Shown here: positions 1-7,799 of the stretch, piece by piece
How positions within the stretch are numbered: position 1 is the first letter of the stretch
Layout of the letters: every line of letters starts with the position of its first letter
Source of the DNA: a virus
Length of the DNA: 39,726 nucleotides
Strand: one strand, 5' to 3'
Virus genome (UHGV): UHGV-0339228
Notes under the pieces: generated by a model
The model's input: only the letters and a program-made list of their open reading frames with translations
Databases searched by the model: none
What the model was told of the DNA's origin: nothing
Program-made: the position numbers and the translations under genes

Positions 1-640
1 CGGGTTCGCATACAACAAGGAAGTGCCGACAGAAAGCAACAATCCGGCAGATTACCAGTGGTCGAAATATAAAGGGGATGACGGCAAAGATGGTACGGAT
101 GGAGCAATAAAATCCGAAACACCACCAGGCGATAAGACTAAACTCTGGTACGACACGGTAAACAACGTCCTTAAGTACTGGGACGGCGAAAAATGGGTAG
201 AAGCATACACGGGAGACATCGAAGACGCGAAAGATGCGGCAGGAAACGCACAGGAATCCGCCAACACAGCAATCTCCAGTGTCAATAATATAAATACCAG
301 TCTCGAAAAGTACAAGAATGAGGTTCGCGCCGAGTTTAAGAATACCGTAACTTACGTAGACGGCAAGACGGAAGTTATCGATACATGGGTGCGACAGGGG
401 TCGGATGGAGTTACGCCGTTTTTGGAACTGGGTGGAACAAGTAATGACCTTAAGGCAAGGTTGACGAACTCGCGCCTAGGATTTTACGAAGGAGACAAAG
501 GGCTGGCGTATTTTGGAAATGAAAAAGCATATATGCCGGTGGCAGAAGTTGATAACCTAAGCGCCAAAAGGGTTGGTGTAGGTAACTATGCAATGTTGGA
601 CAATGGGGACGGGCATCTGTCACTGATATATATTGAGTAG
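1..640 (+). CDS. C-terminal part of the tail-associated (Tal-like) tail-tip protein; partial at the window start and in-frame with the window end
   Basis: Frame 2 is open from nt 2 with no start context. Residues GFAYNKEVPTESNNPADYQW continue the repeat unit (..GK.Y.GIAYNK.TP..SNNP.DYQW..) seen at the end of the 37997..39726 ORF. The last two nt of the window plus nt 1 form a sense codon (ATC). Confidence 0.6.
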   Translation, partial: GFAYNKEVPTESNNPADYQWSKYKGDDGKDGTDGAIKSETPPGDKTKLWYDTVNNVLKYWDGEKWVEAYTGDIEDAKDAAGNAQESANTAISSVNNINTSLEKYKNEVRAEFKNTVTYVDGKTEVIDTWVRQGSDGVTPFLELGGTSNDLKARLTNSRLGFYEGDKGLAYFGNEKAYMPVAEVDNLSAKRVGVGNYAMLDNGDGHLSLIYIE

Positions 641-649
641 GAGGGACTT

Positions 650-2056
650 ATGGCAGGAACGGGGAGAATCTATGTCACGGCAGTCCGTGGCGTAGGAGAT
701 GTAAACCTTACGCATCAGTACGATGTAGATCTCCGGTTTGATATTGCGTTTGACTGGGGCGGATACAATTATGGCGGTGCACCATACAGCATGAGCTGTG
801 ACGGGCAGAACACCTCCGGAAGCGCAACATTTGCAGTTGGAAGCGGTGGAGGGAACTGGATATGGACAAACATTGGCGGAACTAAGACATTCCGTATTAC
901 GATGCCGACAAGCGGACAGCCCAAGAACATAGGATTTTCCGCAACAATTAACACGGGAATCAACCCGTCCACAATCTCAGCAAGCGGAAGTTACGCACTC
1001 TCGGCTATCACGTGGGAACATACCGTATCTTACAATGCAAACGGAGGAACGGGCGCGCCGGGCAGTCAAAAGAAAATATATGGGTCAAACTTAACCCTAT
1101 CCTCTGCACGCCCTACACGAGACGGGTATGTATTTATGGGTTGGGCAACGTCATCTGCCGGAGAGGTGTCGTACATGCCGGGGTCTACTTACGGCACAGA
1201 TGTGGATATCACCTTGTATGCAGTCTGGCAGATCGCATACATCAAACCCACAATTACCGGACTGACTGCATTGCGGTGCGACTCAAGCGGAACTCCAAAG
1301 AGTGATGGTACATACATTAAAGTCACTGGGAGCTGGCAAGTAGACCGGACGTTAAATAGTTCCAACAAGGCAACCAGTGTCAGGATAGATTATCAGGAGA
1401 CTGCTTCCGGGAGTCCGGTGAAAGCAAGCGAAACATACCCAAACACGACAAGCGGAAAGATTTCTCAAGTAATCGGGAATGGGAAAATATCCACGGGGAG
1501 TGTGTACTTTGTTATCGTTACAATCACGGACTTAAACGGCAGCAAACAAGAAGAGGTGATTGTTCCGGCACAGTTCCGAGCGTTGGATGTTGCAAATAAA
1601 GGAAGAAGTATTGCTTTCGGCGGAACAGCAAGTGACAGAGAAGAGGGATATGATTTCTATCAAGACGTGAGGTTTCACGGAAAGTTATTACTGGGAGATC
1701 AAGAATTGATGGGGATCAAGGAACATGATTCCGGACAGGTGAGAGGGCCGTACTCCAATGTAAACAGCAGTAATCACGTGCAGGTGTGGTTGTATAAGAT
1801 CGGCAAGATCGTACACTGCAAAATTGAGATGCTGGCGCAGTTTCCGAACAGCGGGTATTTCAATGATTTTGACGAGGTGGCCATCCCGGAAGAATTCCGG
1901 CCGAAATATCACGTATTTTGCGCGTGCCCGGAAGTAGTCGCAGGGACGATCATTGGAACTGGAAGATATCGTATAGGAGGCAAGATTTCTCTGGATGTGG
2001 AAAAGAAAGATTATGCAGAGCGGACGATCTGTACATCTTGGATCGCAGCAAGTTAG
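650..2056 (+). CDS. Tail-fibre / receptor-binding candidate with one Listeria-Bacteroides (Flg_new-type) repeat
   Basis: 468 aa. RBS GGAGGG lies 6 nt upstream. The segment SYNANGGTGAPG..PTRDGYVFMGWATS..YMPGSTY..DVDITLYAVW matches the Flg_new / Listeria-Bacteroides repeat consensus. The gene sits between Tal and the lysis genes. Confidence 0.5.
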   Translation: MAGTGRIYVTAVRGVGDVNLTHQYDVDLRFDIAFDWGGYNYGGAPYSMSCDGQNTSGSATFAVGSGGGNWIWTNIGGTKTFRITMPTSGQPKNIGFSATINTGINPSTISASGSYALSAITWEHTVSYNANGGTGAPGSQKKIYGSNLTLSSARPTRDGYVFMGWATSSAGEVSYMPGSTYGTDVDITLYAVWQIAYIKPTITGLTALRCDSSGTPKSDGTYIKVTGSWQVDRTLNSSNKATSVRIDYQETASGSPVKASETYPNTTSGKISQVIGNGKISTGSVYFVIVTITDLNGSKQEEVIVPAQFRALDVANKGRSIAFGGTASDREEGYDFYQDVRFHGKLLLGDQELMGIKEHDSGQVRGPYSNVNSSNHVQVWLYKIGKIVHCKIEMLAQFPNSGYFNDFDEVAIPEEFRPKYHVFCACPEVVAGTIIGTGRYRIGGKISLDVEKKDYAERTICTSWIAAS

Positions 2057-2067
2057 GAGGTGAGAAA

Positions 2068-2592
2068 ATGGGGGATATGATAACCGCCGCTTTTAATGAC
2101 GGTGAAGGATACAAGAGGGTTCCAGGGCTTTGGCAGTGGGATCGTGGTCAGACACTAAAAATCTGTGGGTTGGATTTTCAAAATAAAACAATGGAAGTTC
2201 ATTTTGCGATTGCAGGGAGCGAAACAGCAAAAACGGTAATCGGAGAAGTGAAAGAAAATCACATTCTGGCAAAAATACCGGATACTCTACTGAAAAACGG
2301 GAGAAATATTTGGGCGTTTTTGTATTTGGCAGACACAAAATCCGGTCAGACTATCCGACAGATTGAATGTGTAGTGAATAAGCGTCCGAAGCCGGAAGAT
2401 TATGAAGAACCAGAAGAGGAACACATTCTGGAGGAACTATTGGAGCAACTCAATAAAAAGGGAGACAGGCTGTATCTGGAAGAAAACCGGATGCAGCTTT
2501 TTTCTGGAGAGAATCTACTCAGTGAAGTGGAACTGCCGGAAGGCGGGGGAAGCGAGATCATCACAGAAGATGAGATCAATGGATTGTTTTAA
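2068..2592 (+). CDS. Hypothetical tail-fibre-module protein (174 aa)
   Basis: ATG at 2068 is preceded by AGGAGG (2055-2060) with a 7-nt spacer. The longer ORF from 1918 overlaps the previous gene out of frame and has no RBS. The C-terminus ITEDEINGLF resembles the C-terminus of the next gene. Confidence 0.45.
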   Translation: MGDMITAAFNDGEGYKRVPGLWQWDRGQTLKICGLDFQNKTMEVHFAIAGSETAKTVIGEVKENHILAKIPDTLLKNGRNIWAFLYLADTKSGQTIRQIECVVNKRPKPEDYEEPEEEHILEELLEQLNKKGDRLYLEENRMQLFSGENLLSEVELPEGGGSEIITEDEINGLF

Positions 2593-2612
2593 AGAAAAGG
2601 AGAGAGAAGAAC

Positions 2613-3341
2613 ATGGCAAAATTTTTAGATTTAACAGGACTTGGAACATTTAAAGAGAAAATGCAGGAATGGGCAAATGGTGCATTTCGAAAGAAAACTG
2701 ACAAAGTAGTTTCTACTGATGTTACGTATAAGGGAAAATCGCTGGATGAAGCAATTAAAAGTGGAGAATTTAAGGGAGACAAAGGAGACAGAGGAGAAAC
2801 CGGCGCAGCTGGAGCACAGGGACCAACAGGACCAGCTGGTGCAGTAGGTGCACAAGGGCCTCAGGGATTACAGGGTCCACAAGGTCCGGCTGGGGAAGCG
2901 TTTAAAATCGCTAAGACATTTGCTTCCGTTGATGCGATGAATAAAGGATTTGCATCCGATGGAGTAAAGACTGGGCAATTTGTCATGATTGACACCGGAA
3001 ATGTACAGGATGCTGACAATGCAAAATTATACGTAAAAGGAGCTGAATCCTATACCTACATTACAGACTTATCGGGAGCCACAGGTATGACAGGACCACA
3101 AGGACCACAGGGATTACAGGGGGCAACAGGTCCAGCAGGCCCAGCGGGTGCAAAAGGAGAACAGGGAATTCAGGGTCCAGCAGGAGCCAAAGGTGACAGA
3201 GGAGAAACAGGACCACAAGGACCTCAGGGATTAAAAGGCGAAAAAGGAGACATTGGACCAATGGGACCGCAGGGACCAGCAGGATCAGATGCAAATGTTC
3301 AGGCAATTACAAACACGGAAATTGACGGATTATTCTCATAG
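2613..3341 (+). CDS. Collagen-like (Gly-X-Y) tail fibre protein
   Basis: There are two long G-X-Y tracts ([22 protein letters not shown].. and [21 protein letters not shown]). RBS GGAGAGAGAAGAAC precedes the ATG. The non-collagenous central domain is typical of phage fibres. Confidence 0.7.
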   Translation: MAKFLDLTGLGTFKEKMQEWANGAFRKKTDKVVSTDVTYKGKSLDEAIKSGEFKGDKGDRGETGAAGAQGPTGPAGAVGAQGPQGLQGPQGPAGEAFKIAKTFASVDAMNKGFASDGVKTGQFVMIDTGNVQDADNAKLYVKGAESYTYITDLSGATGMTGPQGPQGLQGATGPAGPAGAKGEQGIQGPAGAKGDRGETGPQGPQGLKGEKGDIGPMGPQGPAGSDANVQAITNTEIDGLFS

Positions 3342-3356
3342 GGCGGTGGTGATGCA

Positions 3357-3575
3357 ATGTCGGAGTTTTTAAAACAATTATTTCGGGTGGGGGAGCAAAA
3401 AGCTTCCCCCAAAAAAGTACTAGATTATAGTGGATTACAACATTTATCGGGAAGACTAGCTAATAAATATGTCGATAAAACTCAGGTTCCGTATGCTTTC
3501 GAAAGTATGACGCAATCTGAATATGATCGCTTACGAGTTAAGGACAGCTATACAGTTTATTTGATCATCGGTTAG
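3357..3575 (+). CDS. Small hypothetical protein (72 aa)
   Basis: The ORF has a GGTGGTGA RBS. Its C-terminal TQSEYDRLRVKDSYTVYLI resembles the N-terminal motif of Gram-positive phage tail fibres. Function unknown. Confidence 0.3.
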   Translation: MSEFLKQLFRVGEQKASPKKVLDYSGLQHLSGRLANKYVDKTQVPYAFESMTQSEYDRLRVKDSYTVYLIIG

Positions 3576-3586
3576 GGGGCGAATGG

Positions 3587-5272
3587 ATGGGTGACGAGAA
3601 CAAAGAAGCGATTATGCCAAGATCGGCAGACTTCTCTGGATGGACTGGTTATCAAACAATGGACGGAAACTCCAATTGTCGTGCATGGGCTGATTGGGAA
3701 ACAACTCGTGTATTTCGAAATGGACAAGCTGGGTGGGATGTTAGAATTATTTTAAAAGCGAACAAGACAACATCATCACCTACGTACGGTACTGGGAATA
3801 CGCAAGTCGGTGCTCATCAAACAAATTCTTCTGTAGACACAAAGTATATGACTATCGTGCAGAGCGAAACAACATTTAGAGATGAGACTTTGTTTGTTCC
3901 AGCGGAAGCAGGCGCAGACATACCATTAGCAGCATATGCTAATATCCATATACCGAATGTAGTAAGTAAGAGAATCCAGTTTACAGTTACAGCCAAAAGA
4001 AATCTTTGGTACGTTTATTTTGATGCAAACGGCGGATCTAGTGCTCCTAGTACGCTGAAAAGACATTGGGGCGAAGTTGTATATATTCCAGCTACGTTGC
4101 CAACAAGATATGGTTATACATTTAATGGATGGACAAAGACACAAGGCTCGTCCAATATAAATTACAGTCCTGGAGATCCAATAGGCGATGATTCCGATGT
4201 CACTTTATATGCGGTATGGAGTCAAAATGTTGTAAAAACATGGAGTATTACATATAACGCGAACGGTGGATCTAACGCCCCAGCAAAGCAGACAGCGAAT
4301 GTTGGTCAGTCCATTACGATTACTTACTCAAAACCGACACGCAGTGGATATACCTTTTTAGGCTGGTCTACTTGGTCTGGAGCAACAGAACCCGAAGCAA
4401 TGTTTACACCGGGATATTCTTATACATCTGATTACGATTTAACTTTATATGCAGTGTGGAGGAAAAACCAAACCACACAATATTCTTTATCATTTAGTCT
4501 TCAAGGTGGAAATGGTACGTTCAATCCATTGTACGGGGAATATGGGAATCGGGTGCAAATTCCATATACAAAACCAACGAAAACTGGATATACATTCCTT
4601 GGATGGGCAACTTATTCAGGAGGAAGTGCTTCGTATCAGCCAGGTGAATATTACACTTTATATGGAAATTCCACTTTATATGCTACATGGCAGAAAGAAC
4701 AAACTACTCAATATTGCACAATAACCTTCAATGCAAACGGAGGGTCTGGTGCACCATCAAGTCAACAGAAAGTCGTTGGAGAAACCACTTATATCCCATA
4801 CACTAAGCCGACTCGTTCTGGATATACTTTTCTGGGATGGTCTACATCATCGTGGGCTACATCTGCAGATTATCAACCAGGGTCGACTTATACCCCATAT
4901 GGGAATATGACATTTTACGCTGTTTGGAAACAAAATGTTGTCAAGACATGGAGCATTATATACAATGCAAATGGTGGAACGAATGCGCCAGAAAAACAAA
5001 CTGCAAATGTAGGTCAATCCATTACGATTTCATATTCTAAACCGACACGCAATGGCTATACATTTCTTGGGTGGTCTACGTGGAGCGGTTCTACTGAGCC
5101 AGAACTTGCATATACACCGGGACATTCATATATGTCAGACTATGATATAACTTTATATGCAGTTTGGGAAGAAGATAAAAGAATGTATCTTGGATATGAT
5201 CGTATTAGAAAAATTTATATCGGAAACAGACAGGTAACAGCGGCATACTTAGGAACAGCAAAAATATGGTAA
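3587..5272 (+). CDS. Large tail-fibre / adhesin-like protein with six tandem Listeria-Bacteroides (Flg_new-type) repeats
   Basis: 561 aa with a GGGGG RBS. Six ~75-aa units of the form xYNANGGs.AP..Q...G....I.Y.KPTR.GYTFLGW.T.......Y.PG..Y....D.TLYAVW. Units 2 and 6 are near-identical at the protein level (about 80% nt identity at 4228-4461 versus 4933-5166). Confidence 0.6.
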   Translation: MGDENKEAIMPRSADFSGWTGYQTMDGNSNCRAWADWETTRVFRNGQAGWDVRIILKANKTTSSPTYGTGNTQVGAHQTNSSVDTKYMTIVQSETTFRDETLFVPAEAGADIPLAAYANIHIPNVVSKRIQFTVTAKRNLWYVYFDANGGSSAPSTLKRHWGEVVYIPATLPTRYGYTFNGWTKTQGSSNINYSPGDPIGDDSDVTLYAVWSQNVVKTWSITYNANGGSNAPAKQTANVGQSITITYSKPTRSGYTFLGWSTWSGATEPEAMFTPGYSYTSDYDLTLYAVWRKNQTTQYSLSFSLQGGNGTFNPLYGEYGNRVQIPYTKPTKTGYTFLGWATYSGGSASYQPGEYYTLYGNSTLYATWQKEQTTQYCTITFNANGGSGAPSSQQKVVGETTYIPYTKPTRSGYTFLGWSTSSWATSADYQPGSTYTPYGNMTFYAVWKQNVVKTWSIIYNANGGTNAPEKQTANVGQSITISYSKPTRNGYTFLGWSTWSGSTEPELAYTPGHSYMSDYDITLYAVWEEDKRMYLGYDRIRKIYIGNRQVTAAYLGTAKIW

Positions 5273-5282
5273 GGAGACGAGA

Positions 5283-5564
5283 ATGACAGAAAATGAAGTA
5301 GAAGTAACACTTGCCGAATATAATAAAGAAATCGGCTCGTTAAAGCACCGGATGAATGAGGTGGAAGACATTGTAAATGTGGTACACCAGCTGGCACAGG
5401 AGATGGTAGGGCTGACCAAAGAGGTTGGATTTATGAACCAGACTCTTGTGCAGCTGACCGCAAAAGTGACACATCTTGAGCAGACTCCGGCCAGACGATG
5501 GGATGGAGTTGTCACCACTCTGATTGGTGCAGTCATCGGGGCAGTAGTGGCAATGTATTTTTAA
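5283..5564 (+). CDS. XhlA-like lysis-associated membrane protein
   Basis: 93 aa with an N-terminal coiled-coil and a single C-terminal transmembrane segment (VVTTLIGAVIGAVVAMYF). It lies immediately upstream of the holin. RBS AAGGAGACGAG. Confidence 0.55.
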   Translation: MTENEVEVTLAEYNKEIGSLKHRMNEVEDIVNVVHQLAQEMVGLTKEVGFMNQTLVQLTAKVTHLEQTPARRWDGVVTTLIGAVIGAVVAMYF

Positions 5565-5576
5565 AGGAGAGAAAAT

Positions 5577-5870
5577 ATGGAACAGATCATGAATTATGTA
5601 AAACCAGAATTGATTGTAGTAGCAGTAGTGTTGTATTTTATCGGGATGGGATTAAAACACGCACAGGCAGTAAAGGATAAGTACATCCCGCTTATTTTGG
5701 GCGGGCTTGGCATTGTCCTGTGTGCTGTGTGGGTGTTTGCATCCTGTCCCATCAGTACTGGGCAGGAGATCGCAATGGCGGTATTTACGGCGATTATACA
5801 GGGGATTTTAACAGCCGGATTGAGTACATACGTGAATCAGACCATTAAGCAGATTGGGAAGAAAGAATAA
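5577..5870 (+). CDS. Holin
   Basis: 97 aa with 2-3 predicted transmembrane segments and a charged C-terminus (KQIGKKE). RBS AAAGGAGAGAAAAT. It sits in the lysis cassette upstream of the amidase. Confidence 0.6.
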   Translation: MEQIMNYVKPELIVVAVVLYFIGMGLKHAQAVKDKYIPLILGGLGIVLCAVWVFASCPISTGQEIAMAVFTAIIQGILTAGLSTYVNQTIKQIGKKE

Positions 5871-5897
5871 AACGCGTATAAATATGTGCAAAAACTG

Positions 5898-5926
5898 TTG
5901 ACACACGTGCTGACACGTGCTATAAT
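5898..5926 (+). promoter_or_regulatory. Consensus sigma-70-type promoter with two CACGTG operator-like repeats in the spacer
   Basis: TTGACA (5898-5903), a 17-nt spacer, then TATAAT (5921-5926). The spacer holds the direct repeats TGACACACGTGC and TGACACGTGC, each with a CACGTG palindrome, about 10 bp apart. The promoter lies 22 nt upstream of hicA. Confidence 0.55.
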
Positions 5927-5948
5927 AATACCATGAAAGGAGGAAATA

Positions 5949-6134
5949 ATGAAAACATCAGAACTTGTTAAAATACTCAAGAAGAATGGCTGTTTTTTCG
6001 TGGAACATGGTAAAGAGCATGATAAGTGGCACAGCGATTTAACCGGAAAGGATGTGCGAATCCCAAGACATAAAAGTAAGGAAATCCCGACCGGAACAGC
6101 GGACAGAATACTAAAGGATGTTGGGCTGAAATAA
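5949..6134 (+). CDS. hicA: HicA-family mRNA interferase toxin
   Basis: 61 aa. MKTSELVKILKKNGCFFVEHGKEHDKWH...IPRHK.KEIPTGTADRILKDVGL matches the HicA (YcfA-like) family pattern. RBS AAAGGAGGAAATA. Confidence 0.75.
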   Translation: MKTSELVKILKKNGCFFVEHGKEHDKWHSDLTGKDVRIPRHKSKEIPTGTADRILKDVGLK

Positions 6135-6174
6135 GCCCAATCCTTTGATGAGATAATATAAGGAGGTCAACAGA

Positions 6175-6576
6175 ATGGCAAAATACGTATATCCAGCAGT
6201 GTTTACACCAGAGGAAGATGGGAAATATTCGGTGTTTTTTCCAGATTTAGATGGGTGCTATACTTGCGGAGATGATCTGCAGGATGCAATTGTAATGGCG
6301 GAGGATGTGCTTGCATTTTATCTTTATGATGAAGAAGTAGCACAGAACGAAATACCAAAATCATCTACTACTGCAGAAATTGAGTTAAAAGATGGAGAAT
6401 TTGTGAATTATATCGCATGCGATACCATTGAATACGCAAAAATGCATAATAATCGGGCGGTAAAGAAAACACTGACAATACCCGAATGGTTGAACGAAGC
6501 TGCGACGAGAGCAGGAGTGAATTATTCGCAGGTGCTTCAGGAAGCGCTAATGAGTAAATTGAATATAAGTAGATAA
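6175..6576 (+). CDS. hicB: HicB-family antitoxin (UPF0150 N-domain plus C-terminal ribbon-helix-helix (RHH)-like DNA-binding tail)
   Basis: 133 aa. The N-terminus MAKYVYPAVFTPEEDGKYSVFFPDLDGCYTCGDDLQDAI is typical of HicB. It follows hicA directly, with an AAGGAGG RBS. Confidence 0.75.
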   Translation: MAKYVYPAVFTPEEDGKYSVFFPDLDGCYTCGDDLQDAIVMAEDVLAFYLYDEEVAQNEIPKSSTTAEIELKDGEFVNYIACDTIEYAKMHNNRAVKKTLTIPEWLNEAATRAGVNYSQVLQEALMSKLNISR

Positions 6577-6580
6577 TTTA

Positions 6581-6611
6581 AGAGAGCTTGGAAACAGGCT
6601 CTCTTTTATTG
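6581..6611 (+). terminator. Rho-independent terminator after hicB
   Basis: Stem AGAGAGCTTG / CAGGCTCTCT with a GAAA loop, followed by TTTTATT. Confidence 0.55.
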
Positions 6612-6639
6612 TGCGACATCGCACGGAGGAGGTGAGAAC

Positions 6640-6735
6640 ATGAGCGAACAGAACGAATTTGGAAGAACAACAGCAGAGGAACTGGAAAAAGCATTTGAGA
6701 CAGAAGAACAGGAGGAAGAACAGGAGGAGAAATAA
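6640..6735 (+). CDS. Small acidic peptide (31 aa) translationally coupled to the endolysin
   Basis: Strong RBS GGAGGAGGTGA with a 5-nt spacer. The product is MSEQNEFGRTTAEELEKAFETEEQEEEQEEK. Its stop overlaps the endolysin start (TAATG). It falls below the ORF-track length cutoff. Confidence 0.3.
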   Translation: MSEQNEFGRTTAEELEKAFETEEQEEEQEEK

Positions 6736-7472
6736 TGAGTATTTGTAGAGGAATTGCCGGCAGGAGAGGTAAAAATCCTGTCGGTATTTTTATTCATAAT
6801 GGGGCAGACGGTCAGAATGCTACGACAGCGTATTACAGGAATTACTTACAAAACGCAAACTTGGAAAACGGATTTGCCCATTATTATGTGTGCAGCGATG
6901 GAATCTTACAGGCGGAAGATGACGAAAATTGCGCTTGGCACTGCGGATACTTGAACGGAAATCTCAATTTCTTGAGTATAGAGGTCTGCCAGAGCATGGG
7001 GGACTTGGATACCTTTAAGGCGAACGAAGAAAAAGCATTGCAGTTAGCAGCGCAGAAATGTAAGCAGTACGGAATTACACCAAGTGCAAGCACGATTATG
7101 TTACATCAGGAGGTGTTTGCAACAGCTTGTCCGCATAGATCAGTGGAGATTCACGGCGGAGCAGCAGCAACGAAAGCATATTTTATTAAGCGTATCAGCG
7201 AACTGATGAATGGAAATCAAGTCGCAACAGAAGATCAGGAAGGAGAAGAGACTATGCAGTGTATGTTTACAGTAGAAGGAAAAGGATGTGTTTATTGGAT
7301 GCATGATGGAGTTGTGACAGCTTTAGCACATCCAGACGAGTTAAAAATCATTCAGCAGGTCTATAAGGATAACTTTGGGCATGATATGCCGTGCTACAGT
7401 TGGGGCAAAAATGCACCATGGCATGTGAGACTGATGAACCCATTGTATCGTGAACCGGTTAAATCTATTTAA
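6735..7472 (+). CDS. N-acetylmuramoyl-L-alanine amidase endolysin (Amidase_2 / PGRP fold)
   Basis: 245 aa. The N-terminal domain carries the Amidase_2 hallmarks (..GIFIHNGADG.., AHYYV, CAWHCG..N..LSIEVCQ, ATACPH). The C-terminal half is a putative cell-wall-binding domain. It follows the holin and TA module. Confidence 0.8.
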   Translation: MSICRGIAGRRGKNPVGIFIHNGADGQNATTAYYRNYLQNANLENGFAHYYVCSDGILQAEDDENCAWHCGYLNGNLNFLSIEVCQSMGDLDTFKANEEKALQLAAQKCKQYGITPSASTIMLHQEVFATACPHRSVEIHGGAAATKAYFIKRISELMNGNQVATEDQEGEETMQCMFTVEGKGCVYWMHDGVVTALAHPDELKIIQQVYKDNFGHDMPCYSWGKNAPWHVRLMNPLYREPVKSI

Positions 7473-7479
7473 TAAAAAT

Positions 7480-7520
7480 CCCCTCGGAGATCGCTCTCTG
7501 AGGGGAATAATATTATTTTC
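7480..7520 (+). terminator. Hairpin terminator after the endolysin
   Basis: CCCCTCGGAGA..TCTCTGAGGGG stem followed by AATAATATTATTTT. Confidence 0.45.
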
Positions 7521-7602
7521 TATCAAAATGTATTTTTAATAAATTCAATTCAAACCCCTCTGTGCTATAATATATGTAGTCAATACAAGAGGGGGAACAA
7601 GT

Positions 7603-7782
7603 ATGGAATATCAGATCTACGAATCTTACGATACGTTTTTATTATATCAGGAATTTATGGAGATACCCGGAAATACTTTTAAGTTCCGGTTGCCAGAAGG
7701 GATGATCCTGACAACCGAAATGATGCACACCTTTTTACGGGCTGCGTATATGAGTGTTGGACGGATGGAGTTGCCGTCCTGA
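7603..7782 (+). CDS. Hypothetical 59-aa protein with its own promoter (moron candidate)
   Basis: RBS AGAGGGGGA lies 7 nt upstream of the ATG. Upstream there is an extended -10 TGcTATAAT (7563-7571) and a -35-like TTCAAT. It sits between the lysis genes and the recombinase. It falls below the ORF-track cutoff. Confidence 0.3.
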   Translation: MEYQIYESYDTFLLYQEFMEIPGNTFKFRLPEGMILTTEMMHTFLRAAYMSVGRMELPS

Positions 7783-7799
7783 GAATATTGTATCATTTA

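Noticed and set aside
1918-2067. N-terminal extension of ORF 1918..2592 (start at 1918)
   Set aside because: The extension overlaps the 3' end of the 650..2056 gene in another frame and has no RBS. AGGAGG followed 7 nt later by ATG at 2068 is a much better start.
2800-3260. Short nucleotide repeats (GGACCAGCAGG-type) as a possible CRISPR array or minisatellite
   Set aside because: They are the coding repeats of collagen-like G-X-Y tracts (also at 30600-30730). They are in frame, imperfect, and have no spacer structure.
4228-5166. Diversity-generating retroelement (template/variable repeat pair) in the Flg_new protein
   Set aside because: The two similar repeats differ at all base types rather than mainly at adenines, and no reverse transcriptase gene is present anywhere in the window.
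3357-5272. Possibility that 3357..3575 and 3587..5272 are one gene split by a frameshift or stop (pseudogene, or programmed recoding)
   Set aside because: The two ORFs are in different frames with an in-frame TAG between them. The downstream ORF has its own GGGGG RBS at proper spacing from ATG 3587. Nothing requires a fusion, so they are kept as separate genes.
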